Made by a program: the position numbers and the translations under genes | In this document: positions 9,370-17,257 of the stretch, one piece after another | Position numbering within the stretch: the stretch's first letter is position 1 | Layout: each line of letters opens with the position of its first letter | The notes under the pieces: generated by a model | The model's database searches: none | What the model was told of the DNA's origin: nothing | What the model saw: the letters and a program-made list of their open reading frames with translations, nothing else | Origin: an uncultured virus (IMG/VR IMGVR_UViG_3300021375_000010) | Lineage: Duplodnaviria > Heunggongvirae > Uroviricota > Caudoviricetes | Direction: 5' to 3' (one strand) | Length of the DNA: 20,000 nt | IMG/VR virus record: IMGVR_UViG_3300021375_000010

Positions 9370-9898
9370 TATTAACAAATCAATATTAAACAAAAATAAT
9401 TTTAGATTACTAATAGAGAAAGTTCCCACTGTTGAATACTATGTTCAGAGTGTTAGCATTCCTAGTTTATCGTTTGTTGAAGTAAGTGTACCAACAAGGA
9501 TTGGTGTTAATGCTTTCTTCCCAGGCGATAAAGTTGAGTTTGGTAATCTAAGTGTATCATTTATTGTAGACGAAGATGTGTCTAACTATAAAGAGATATA
9601 TGATTGGATGGACAGTATCATTCCTATATCAGATACAGTAGACTTCAGTACTCTAACTGGTACTGAAAGAACTAATCTAGGACAATTGGCAGATATCAAT
9701 GATGACCTTCAACAATACTCACAGATTACACTAGTCACTAACACTAACAAAAATATCCCTAACAGATTTTTTAAATTCTATGATGCATTCCCTATATCGT
9801 TGAGCGGTATAGACTTACAAAGTGGTTCAGATGCTGAACCAGCTATATGTACAGTAGAGTTTAGGTTTACACATTTCGATATAGAAACCACTAGTTAA
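9362..9898 (+). CDS. gp3: Tail completion / tube terminator protein
   Basis: NNFRL.IEKVPTVEYYVQSVSIP, PGDKVEFGNLSVSFIVDED..NYKEIYDWM, F.DAFPISLSG; sits in the post-gp23 position typical of marine T4-like phages. Confidence 0.9.
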   Translation: MTDINKSILNKNNFRLLIEKVPTVEYYVQSVSIPSLSFVEVSVPTRIGVNAFFPGDKVEFGNLSVSFIVDEDVSNYKEIYDWMDSIIPISDTVDFSTLTGTERTNLGQLADINDDLQQYSQITLVTNTNKNIPNRFFKFYDAFPISLSGIDLQSGSDAEPAICTVEFRFTHFDIETTS

Positions 9899-9920
9899 TA
9901 TCACCTTTTCGTGATATAAT
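9885..9920 (+). promoter_or_regulatory. Putative early/middle (sigma70-type) promoter for uvsY
   Basis: AAACCAC-TAGTTA-N17-TATAAT with an extended TGn -10. It shares CCACTAG with the gp55 promoter. The dyad ATATCAC/GTGATAT lies at 9898-9917. Confidence 0.65.
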
Positions 9921-9929
9921 ATATACATT

Positions 9930-10373
9930 ATGACTTTAGATGAATTAAAGGCCCAATGGGCATTAGATTGTGAAATTGATGATATTGAATTGGACAACGC
10001 ATCTCTCGAAGTTCCCAAACTTCATGCTAAGTACCAAGACCAACTCACTAATAAATTACTAACACTCAAAAATTGGGAGTTCAAATATGATGAACTTCTC
10101 AAAGATAAGTGGTTGTGGTATAATGGTAAGATGGATTCAGATAGAATCAAAGAACTGGGATGGGCAGATGACCCATTCGATGGTCTTAAGATTATGAAAA
10201 GTGACATGCAATTCTTTTACAATTCAGACTCAGACCTCAGAGAAATTAAAGCTAAAATTGAATACTTAAAAATAACCATCAACTTCCTAAAAGATTGTAT
10301 GCAAAATATCACTTGGAGACACCAAACGATTAAGAATACAATCGATTGGAGAAAATTTATGGCAGGTCAATAA
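9930..10373 (+). CDS. uvsY: Recombination mediator UvsY
   Basis: D.EID..ELD.ASL.VPKLHAKY, KWLWYNGK, I.WRHQTIKNTIDWRKFMAG; lies upstream of uvsW. Confidence 0.93.
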   Translation: MTLDELKAQWALDCEIDDIELDNASLEVPKLHAKYQDQLTNKLLTLKNWEFKYDELLKDKWLWYNGKMDSDRIKELGWADDPFDGLKIMKSDMQFFYNSDSDLREIKAKIEYLKITINFLKDCMQNITWRHQTIKNTIDWRKFMAGQ

Positions 10374-10374
10374 G

Positions 10375-11043
10375 ATGATATTACGAAACAACATGTGCAT
10401 TATTGAAAATGCATTCACAGACGATGAAGTCGAACAGATAAAACGAGTTGCAAAAGGACAAGAAGAAGTCGTAGCAATGGTTGGAGACCCATCCACAGGC
10501 GGTGCAGATGATGCTCAAGTACGCTCGGGTAAAGTTAAATGGTTTATGAACCAAAATATGCAGAACTCGATTCCCGATGTGTATGATAAATTATATAAAC
10601 TTATAGAAGAAGCGAATGTAAGTTCTGAATGGAATCATAAAATTGAATTTGTTGAGAATCTTCAATACACCATATACAATGCTCCCGCTAAAACCAAAAA
10701 AAAGAAGGGAGACTTTTACACTTGGCACACTGATAGCGGGCCAGAACCTTTACCAAATGGTAAGATACGTAAATTAAGTTTAACAGTTCAATTGTCAGAC
10801 CCCGAAGAATATGAAGGTGGTAATTTCCAATGGTTAGAACCTACTCAACAACTAAACGGTATGGGGAAAGGTTTTGGGATGAAGTTGGATATGAATAATT
10901 CTGTTCGAACAGTACCATTCAGTGGTAAGACAAAGGGGACATGTATCATATTCCCATCATTTATATATCACCAAGTAACACCAGTGACACATGGAACACG
11001 TGAATCTCTAGTGGGATGGTTTGCTGGCGACCCATATGTCTAA
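10375..11043 (+). CDS. 2OG-Fe(II) oxygenase, PKHD-type/prolyl-hydroxylase-like
   Basis: HxD (WHTD), RKLSLTVQLSDPEEYEGG, distal His and 2OG-binding Arg in FPSFIYHQVTPVTHGTRESLVGW. Confidence 0.92.
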   Translation: MILRNNMCIIENAFTDDEVEQIKRVAKGQEEVVAMVGDPSTGGADDAQVRSGKVKWFMNQNMQNSIPDVYDKLYKLIEEANVSSEWNHKIEFVENLQYTIYNAPAKTKKKKGDFYTWHTDSGPEPLPNGKIRKLSLTVQLSDPEEYEGGNFQWLEPTQQLNGMGKGFGMKLDMNNSVRTVPFSGKTKGTCIIFPSFIYHQVTPVTHGTRESLVGWFAGDPYV

Positions 11044-12493
11044 CATTGTAAGAGTAGAGAAATGTGATGAAGTATTTCTAAGAGTCCATTGTGATAAAGG
11101 ACTTTCTAGAGACTTGTTTGAATTTTTCTCATTTACTGTACCCAATGCAAAATTTATGCCATCATATAAGAATCGTATGTGGGACGGTAAGGTACGACTC
11201 TTCTCAATTAAAACAAACAAAATTTATATAGGATTACTTCCATACATCGATGAGTTCTGTAGAGAACGAGGATTTGAGTTTGAAGGTGTCCAAGATGTTA
11301 TAGGTGATAAGACTAGAATATCAGATGAAGATGTGGACTTCTTTATCAATGGAGACGACTTAATTCCAGGCTTGGGACTTCCTTTTGCACCAAGAGATTA
11401 TCAAATAGATGCATTCAAATCTACAGTACAGTATGGTAGACAGTTATTATTATCTCCTACTGCTAGTGGTAAGTCATTAATCATTTATATGTTATGCAGA
11501 TGGTTTGAAGGAGAGATGTCTCTACCCAATTGTAAGACTGTAATAATAGTTCCTACTACTTCGTTGGTTGAACAGATGACCAAAGATTTTCAAGAGTATG
11601 GATACAAAGAACCTATTTGTAAAATATACAGTGGACAAGAAGTATTTGATTCCTCTATAACAGTCACAACATGGCAGTCCTTTGCAAAAGCACCTAAAGA
11701 AGTATTACAATCATTTGATGTTGTGGTAGGGGATGAAGCACATTTATTTAAAGCACAAACACTCAAAGGTATTTTAGAGAAGATGAAAACTACTGCAATT
11801 CGTATCGGAACTACTGGTACACTTGATGGCAGTGAAGTTCATAGACTACAACTAGAAGGTTTGTTTGGGCCAGTCAAAAAGGTCATAACCACAAAAGAGT
11901 TAATGGACGAAGGGACGATTGCAAATTTAAATATAGAATGTGTCATACTTCGTCATACCAAACAGAAGAAAATGTCATACCAAGATGAGATGGATTATCT
12001 CGTAGGAAATGATAGTAGGAACGAATTTATATGCAACCTAGTATATTCCCTTAAGGGGAACACACTTGTACTATTTCAATATGTCGAAAAACATGGAGTT
12101 CTTCTACATAATAAGATGACATGTCGATTGGGTGAACAATTACACTATGTCTATGGCGGAACCGATACCAAGGATAGGGAGAACGTAAGGGAAATCGTTG
12201 AGAAAGCAAATGACAACGTCATACTGGCGTCATACGGTACCTTCTCAACTGGTGTTAATATTAAGAAGATTGATAATGTAGTCTTTGCATCTCCTTCCAA
12301 ATCACGAATAAGAAACTTACAATCTATTGGTAGAGGTCTTAGAAAGGCTGATGGTAAAACTGAAATGCGATTGTTTGATATATCAGATGATTTACAATGT
12401 GAGAATCATACTCTCAATCACCTTAAGGAACGTATAAATATATACAACGAAGAGGGATTTGTATATCAAATGAGACAATTCAACATTACATGA
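11036..12493 (+). CDS. uvsW: SF2 DNA helicase UvsW
   Basis: WDGKVRLF, PRDYQ, SPTASGKS, GDEAH, GTTGT, STGVNI, LQSIGRGLR. ATG 11036 is preferred over TTG 11021. Confidence 0.97.
   Translation: MSNIVRVEKCDEVFLRVHCDKGLSRDLFEFFSFTVPNAKFMPSYKNRMWDGKVRLFSIKTNKIYIGLLPYIDEFCRERGFEFEGVQDVIGDKTRISDEDVDFFINGDDLIPGLGLPFAPRDYQIDAFKSTVQYGRQLLLSPTASGKSLIIYMLCRWFEGEMSLPNCKTVIIVPTTSLVEQMTKDFQEYGYKEPICKIYSGQEVFDSSITVTTWQSFAKAPKEVLQSFDVVVGDEAHLFKAQTLKGILEKMKTTAIRIGTTGTLDGSEVHRLQLEGLFGPVKKVITTKELMDEGTIANLNIECVILRHTKQKKMSYQDEMDYLVGNDSRNEFICNLVYSLKGNTLVLFQYVEKHGVLLHNKMTCRLGEQLHYVYGGTDTKDRENVREIVEKANDNVILASYGTFSTGVNIKKIDNVVFASPSKSRIRNLQSIGRGLRKADGKTEMRLFDISDDLQCENHTLNHLKERINIYNEEGFVYQMRQFNIT
12433..12440 (+). promoter_or_regulatory. 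Possible late promoter inside the uvsW 3' end serving the ORF at 12490
   Basis: Exact TATAAATA about 50 nt upstream of ATG 12490, but inside coding sequence. Confidence 0.4.
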
Positions 12494-12951
12494 AGGCAAA
12501 AGACTTGCACACACCACAACAATATGAAGTAGTTAAACTTAAAATTGGTACTGAACTAGTTGCAATGACTAGAGACCGTGCTGATAAATTGGAGTTAACA
12601 CTACCTATGTGTTATACACTCACTCCAGCAGGAGACGGAACAAGTAACACTACCTTCTATCCCTTTGCACCAACTAGTAAAAGCACTAACATAGTTATCG
12701 ATAAAGAAGATATCATGTACAGGGCAGAAGTTAGTGAACAATTCATTCCCATTTATGATAAAGCTTCATCGTCTTGGGCAACGATGTTAGAAGCACAATC
12801 TATTCCCATTTCTACAGGACAAGTTATTAAGTCCCCATCACTTCAGAGAATGCATGAACTACTCGAAGACTACATGGGTGATGCTGAACTTGACGAAGAA
12901 TGGGACGATGATATACTTGATGTTAGTGGAACCCCCAAGATAATTCATTGA
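12490..12951 (+). CDS. Conserved T4-like hypothetical protein downstream of uvsW (possible Sm-like fold)
   Basis: ATGA overlap with uvsW, VVKLKIGTELVA motif, and an acidic tail ending in KIIH. Confidence 0.8.
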   Translation: MKAKDLHTPQQYEVVKLKIGTELVAMTRDRADKLELTLPMCYTLTPAGDGTSNTTFYPFAPTSKSTNIVIDKEDIMYRAEVSEQFIPIYDKASSSWATMLEAQSIPISTGQVIKSPSLQRMHELLEDYMGDAELDEEWDDDILDVSGTPKIIH

Positions 12952-12963
12952 GCAAAAAAGAAT

Positions 12964-12971
12964 ACTAAATA
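12964..12971 (+). promoter_or_regulatory. Putative late promoter (ACTAAATA) for the small membrane ORF array
   Basis: Intergenic TAAATA core, with a second near-match TATAAATC at 12979-12986 and RBS AGGA before ATG 13040. Confidence 0.55.
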
Positions 12972-13039
12972 GTCTGCGTATAAATCAGAGTTATATTTGA
13001 TTATACAATATTTTAATATACAACAACTAGGAAAATACC

Positions 13040-13204
13040 ATGACAACAGCTGCGATAGCTAAGAGCATGGTGCGAAAAACTAAAGAGATTAGAGAGAGTA
13101 AGCAAGTGTGTGTTCTCTGTGATGTTATTGAATTTCTAGCATTCATGACTCTTCCCTTTATAGTACCATTTATGATAATGTATTTTACATTATTAAATTT
13201 CTAA
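13040..13204 (+). CDS. Small membrane protein A (54 aa)
   Basis: MTTAAIAKSMVRKTKEIRESKQVCVLCDVIEFLAFMTLPFIVPFMIMYFTLLNF*. RBS AGGA, basic N-terminus, CxxC and a C-terminal hydrophobic helix. Confidence 0.75.
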   Translation: MTTAAIAKSMVRKTKEIRESKQVCVLCDVIEFLAFMTLPFIVPFMIMYFTLLNF

Positions 13205-13326
13205 TGCGGATACTTATACTTCTTACCATTTTAGGTTCATGGGCAATTCTATATGACCGAGACCCAGGCTCTTTGCGGTCTTTAAGAAATGCCACAGAGT
13301 TTAATAATATGAGTCCAAACTCATGA
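13204..13326 (+). CDS. Small membrane/secreted protein B (40 aa)
   Basis: MRILILLTILGSWAILYDRDPGSLRSLRNATEFNNMSPNS*. TAATG overlap with A; N-terminal hydrophobic segment. Confidence 0.65.
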   Translation: MRILILLTILGSWAILYDRDPGSLRSLRNATEFNNMSPNS

Positions 13327-13415
13327 AGAAGTCATCCAACCTCAAAGACCTCATGGAGATAGGCACACTAGTATCTATCTTCATGATAACCATTCTATCT
13401 TTAGTGGAGGTATAA
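13323..13415 (+). CDS. Small membrane protein C (30 aa)
   Basis: MKKSSNLKDLMEIGTLVSIFMITILSLVEV*. ATGA overlap with B; C-terminal hydrophobic helix. Confidence 0.62.
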   Translation: MKKSSNLKDLMEIGTLVSIFMITILSLVEV

Positions 13416-13416
13416 T

Positions 13417-13617
13417 ATGTACGTACCTTGGTTTACCAAACCCGAGACTGAAAAGAAAGTACTTCAGATAGTCAACCTCTCGCCCAACGAATCAGTTATA
13501 GAAAAACTAACAGATGTACATCCCATGAAACAAATCTTTTGGGCAAGTATAGTACAGGTTTGTGTATTCGGTTTTATGATTCTCTCGTTCGCCGTCATCA
13601 ATAAATTAGTCCAATGA
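13417..13617 (+). CDS. Small membrane protein D (66 aa)
   Basis: RBS GGAGG; starts 1 nt after the stop of C; C-terminal helix IFWASIVQVCVFGFMILSFAVI. Confidence 0.8.
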   Translation: MYVPWFTKPETEKKVLQIVNLSPNESVIEKLTDVHPMKQIFWASIVQVCVFGFMILSFAVINKLVQ

Positions 13618-13763
13618 ACACACTATATAATATAGTAAAACGTAAATTTACAATGTCTTATGAACCGTCTTATATGGAGATATTATTTCACTTCATAGTA
13701 ACGATGTTATTAGGAATGATTCCGCTACTCGTACTATTTCTAATCGTTAATCTCTTTATATAA
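13614..13763 (+). CDS. Small membrane protein E (49 aa)
   Basis: MNTLYNIVKRKFTMSYEPSYMEILFHFIVTMLLGMIPLLVLFLIVNLFI*. ATGA overlap with D; about 27-residue hydrophobic C-terminus. Confidence 0.65.
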   Translation: MNTLYNIVKRKFTMSYEPSYMEILFHFIVTMLLGMIPLLVLFLIVNLFI

Positions 13764-13786
13764 GCTTCCCTGTGGGGACATAAGCT

Positions 13787-13824
13787 ACTTTAACATAGAT
13801 TTTCTAATCCACAAGTGGCTTTTT
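13787..13824 (-). promoter_or_regulatory. Putative leftward (antisense) sigma70-type promoter
   Basis: The minus strand reads AAAAAGCCAC-TTGTGG-N16-TAAAGT with an extended TGn -10. The upstream 10-mer and the spacing are identical to the gp55 promoter. Confidence 0.55.
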
Positions 13825-13871
13825 AAAAAAACTTATCTTTTTTTATTACCAAATAATTTCAAAAAGCCACT
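13814..13871. repeat. 11-bp perfect inverted repeat AGTGGCTTTTT / AAAAAGCCACT
   Basis: Arms at 13814-13824 and 13861-13871, separated by a 36-bp very AT-rich spacer. Confidence 0.85.
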
Positions 13872-13898
13872 AGGAATCCTATAACTAAGGAGTATAAT
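13861..13898 (+). promoter_or_regulatory. Putative early/middle promoter for gp55-gp47-gp46
   Basis: AAAAAGCCAC-TAGGAA-N16-TATAAT, with the ATG 6 nt after the -10. Confidence 0.7.
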
Positions 13899-13904
13899 GT
13901 ATAC

Positions 13905-14468
13905 ATGACTAAGAAAAAAGACCCTAAAACACAGGCGCATTACGTCAACAACAAGGACTTCACAGCGGCAGTTTCTGAGTATGCAATTGCAATCAAAGAA
14001 GCGAAAGAGTCGGAAGGAACTCCACCCCAAATGTCAGAGTACATAGGAGAATGCATCTATAAGATTGCAACAAGACTATCTACTAGACCCAACTTTATCA
14101 ATTACACTTATCGAGATGAAATGATATGTGATGCAATCGAGAATTGTATTCAGTATCTTGGCAACTTCAATGTAGAAAAATCAAACAATGCATTTGCATA
14201 TGTTACACAGATTTGTTACTATGCTTTCTTGAGAAGAATACAGAAAGAAAAGAAACAAGTGTACATTAAACAACAAGCAATTGATGCTACTTCACTCACA
14301 CTCGATGCATTTGATACAATCGATGGAATACACGACCCTACCTTAACCAACACTAACGTGGAATGGATGCAAGAGAATATGAACAGGGTTGCATATGAAC
14401 CAAGAAAATCAAAAAGAACAAGGAAATCTACAAAACAAAACTCACTAGAGAAATTCGAAGATAAATGA
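13905..14468 (+). CDS. gp55: Late-transcription sigma factor
   Basis: HYVNNKDF, YIGECI.KIA..LS.RPNFINYTYRDEMI.DAIENCIQY..NF..EKS.NAFAY.TQI.YYAFLRRIQKEKKQ. Confidence 0.97.
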   Translation: MTKKKDPKTQAHYVNNKDFTAAVSEYAIAIKEAKESEGTPPQMSEYIGECIYKIATRLSTRPNFINYTYRDEMICDAIENCIQYLGNFNVEKSNNAFAYVTQICYYAFLRRIQKEKKQVYIKQQAIDATSLTLDAFDTIDGIHDPTLTNTNVEWMQENMNRVAYEPRKSKRTRKSTKQNSLEKFEDK

Positions 14469-15532
14469 AAATAGCGATATTGAATGACACTCACTGTGGA
14501 GTGAGAGGTGATATGATTGAGATGTCTAATTATCAAGGACGTTTCTATAATGAAGTGTTCTTCCCATACTTAGATGAGCATGATATCAAACACATCATTC
14601 ACATGGGTGACTACTTTGATAGAAGGAAGTATATCAACTTCGCTTCCATGAAAGCAAATATCAAACACTTCATTGAACCTATGACTGAACGTGGTATAAC
14701 CATGGACTTAGTAATTGGTAATCATGACACATATTATAAGAACACCAATGATGTCAATGCTCCCGAATTACTTCTTTACAATCAACCAAACGTATCTGTT
14801 TATTCTGAGTGTGAAGTTAAAGAGTATGATGGGTTTTCTATTGCACTTGTGCCATGGATTAATAGTGATAACTATGCTGACTCAGTAGAATTTTTACGTT
14901 CAGCACCAGCATCTGTTGCTATGGGTCACTTTGAAATAGAAGGTGCATTGATGATGCCAGGCATGACATGTCAACATGGACTAGACCATTCATATTTAAA
15001 ACGTTTTGATAAAGTGTATAGCGGGCACTTCCATCAAAAGTCAGAGGTCAAGAACATTCACTACGTTGGTTCACAGATGGAATTTACTTGGTCGGATTAT
15101 AACGATAAGAAGTACTTCCATATTTTTGATACTGAAGACCAATCCCTAACTCCAATACACAATCCTATTACTATGTTTGAAAAGGGTTTCTATGATGACG
15201 CTAAAGAAACTTTTGAAACTATAAGTGAAAAAGATTATTCAAATTACACTGGTAAGTTTGTGAAAATTATTGTCGTTAATAAAGACAATCCGTATTGGTT
15301 TGATACATTCTTGGACAAGGTACATGCTGCTTCACCTTTACATGTATCGGTTGTGGACGATAATAAACATATGGATTTTTATGGAGATGATGAGGTAGAA
15401 GACATCGAAGACACTCTAACTATCCTATCCAATTACATCGATGGATTAGAAATCCAAGGTAAGAAAAAGCCACTTAACGAATTGATGACAACGTTGTATA
15501 ATGAAGCATTGGATGAACACTCTTATTTATGA
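14465..15532 (+). CDS. gp47: Recombination endonuclease subunit, Mre11/SbcD-like
   Basis: Phosphoesterase motifs NDTHCG, GDYFDRRK, GNHD, GHFE and SGHFH. Confidence 0.96.
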   Translation: MKIAILNDTHCGVRGDMIEMSNYQGRFYNEVFFPYLDEHDIKHIIHMGDYFDRRKYINFASMKANIKHFIEPMTERGITMDLVIGNHDTYYKNTNDVNAPELLLYNQPNVSVYSECEVKEYDGFSIALVPWINSDNYADSVEFLRSAPASVAMGHFEIEGALMMPGMTCQHGLDHSYLKRFDKVYSGHFHQKSEVKNIHYVGSQMEFTWSDYNDKKYFHIFDTEDQSLTPIHNPITMFEKGFYDDAKETFETISEKDYSNYTGKFVKIIVVNKDNPYWFDTFLDKVHAASPLHVSVVDDNKHMDFYGDDEVEDIEDTLTILSNYIDGLEIQGKKKPLNELMTTLYNEALDEHSYL

Positions 15533-17244
15533 TAAACTTCAAAACTGTGAGGTGGAAGAATCTTCTTTCATCAGGCAACAAATATACTGAGATACAATTA
15601 GACAGAAATCAAACAACCCTAGTATTGGGTGAGAACGGTGCTGGTAAATCCACACTATTAGATGCATTGTGTTTCGGATTGTACGGACGTGGATTTCGGA
15701 ATCTAAAAAAAGACTTATTGATAAACTCAATCAATCAAAAAGAAATGATAGTTGAGGTCGAATTTACGATTGGCCGAAGAGAATACAAAGTAATACGTGG
15801 TGCAAAACCTAACAAGTTTGAATTATATGTAAATGATATGTTGGTAGACCAAGACGCTACGGTTAAAGACTATCAAGAACATTTAGAAAAGAACGTACTC
15901 AAAATGAGTTACCGTTCATTCACACAGGTTGCTATCTTGGGGTCAGCAAACTTCACTCCATTCATGCAATTGAAATCGGCAGAGAGACGTAAATTAGTCG
16001 AAGACTTGCTGGACATTTCAATCTTCAGTACCATGAAAGACATTTTAAGGAAGAAAGTATCCGCACATAAGATAGAGTTGAAAGAAACTAACCATGAAGT
16101 TGAACTCATAGAAGAACGTGTGAGTGGTCTCAACGAACAGTTGGAAGCACTGAGAGAAACAAGAGAACTTAAGATACAAAAGTACGAAGATACTGTACAA
16201 GAAACGCAAGATAATATTGATACACTACTAGAAAAGGTAAGTGTTAAAGAAGAAGATGTGGTAAATAAGCTTGAGACCATATCAGACAGAGACCCACAAG
16301 GGGATAGACTTAAACAAGCAGAAGCAGTAGAACAGCAACTTATAACTGCACGTAAGAAAGCACTGAAAGAGATAGAGTTTTATGAAAACCATGATGATTG
16401 TCCAACATGTAAACAGGGGTTAGACCATGAACACAAGACGAAACACATTGAGGAGAAGAAACTTAAGTCAGATGAAATCAAGAAAGCGCTGCTTTCTCTT
16501 GACACCACCCTCGAAGATACCCGAAATCGATTGGCGGAAATCACAGAAGTCCAACGAGAAATAGAATCCATTCAAAAACAGAAAGGTCTTTTACAAACTG
16601 AGATACTTTCAAATCAGAAGTTCATTACAAAGATTCAAAAGGAAATTGAAGAACTAAAAATAGAACAAAATGTAAGTTCTAATGTCCATGAACGAATCGA
16701 AGAATCAGAAGATACACTAGAAATTCTACATCAAAAACATAAGACACTAGTAGACCAAGCACACTACTTTGATATTGCTTCTACTCTATTGAGAGACCAA
16801 GGAGTAAAGGAGAAGATTATTAAACAGTATGTTCCTGTTATGAATAAGATGATTAACAAGTATCTCGCCCAATTAGAATTCTATGTTGGGTTCGAACTCA
16901 ACGAAAGTTTCGAAGAGACTATCAAGTCAAGATTTAGAGACGTGTTTAAGTACGACAACTTCTCACAAGGTGAAAAGATGAGAATCGATTTATCACTTTT
17001 GTTTACTTGGAGAGCAGTTGCACGTATGAAGAACAGTGTAAACACTAACTTGCTTATACTTGACGAAGTGTTTGATTCATCACTAGACGTTAATGGAACA
17101 GATGACTTCATGAAACTATTAAACACCTTGACGGAAAAGACTAATGCATTTATAATTAGTCACAAGGGAGATGCACTGTACGACAGGTTTGAGAATGTAA
17201 TTCGATTTGAGAAACATAAAAATTTCTCACGACTGGCGGAATAG
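15529..17244 (+). CDS. gp46: Recombination ATPase subunit, Rad50/SbcC-like
   Basis: Walker A GENGAGKS, coiled coils with the zinc hook CPTC, signature FSQGE, Walker B LILDEVFD and H-loop ISH. Confidence 0.97.
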   Translation: MINFKTVRWKNLLSSGNKYTEIQLDRNQTTLVLGENGAGKSTLLDALCFGLYGRGFRNLKKDLLINSINQKEMIVEVEFTIGRREYKVIRGAKPNKFELYVNDMLVDQDATVKDYQEHLEKNVLKMSYRSFTQVAILGSANFTPFMQLKSAERRKLVEDLLDISIFSTMKDILRKKVSAHKIELKETNHEVELIEERVSGLNEQLEALRETRELKIQKYEDTVQETQDNIDTLLEKVSVKEEDVVNKLETISDRDPQGDRLKQAEAVEQQLITARKKALKEIEFYENHDDCPTCKQGLDHEHKTKHIEEKKLKSDEIKKALLSLDTTLEDTRNRLAEITEVQREIESIQKQKGLLQTEILSNQKFITKIQKEIEELKIEQNVSSNVHERIEESEDTLEILHQKHKTLVDQAHYFDIASTLLRDQGVKEKIIKQYVPVMNKMINKYLAQLEFYVGFELNESFEETIKSRFRDVFKYDNFSQGEKMRIDLSLLFTWRAVARMKNSVNTNLLILDEVFDSSLDVNGTDDFMKLLNTLTEKTNAFIISHKGDALYDRFENVIRFEKHKNFSRLAE

Positions 17245-17252
17245 GATAAATA
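17245..17252 (+). promoter_or_regulatory. Late promoter variant (GATAAATA), 5 nt before ATG 17258
   Basis: GATAAATA-GTATT-ATG immediately after the gp46 stop. Confidence 0.65.
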
Positions 17253-17257
17253 GTATT

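Noticed and set aside
13740..13781. 13-codon minus-strand ORF MSPQGSLYKEIND placed like a leaderless gene after the antisense promoter
   Set aside because: It is too short to support as a CDS. It is kept only as context for the antisense promoter finding.
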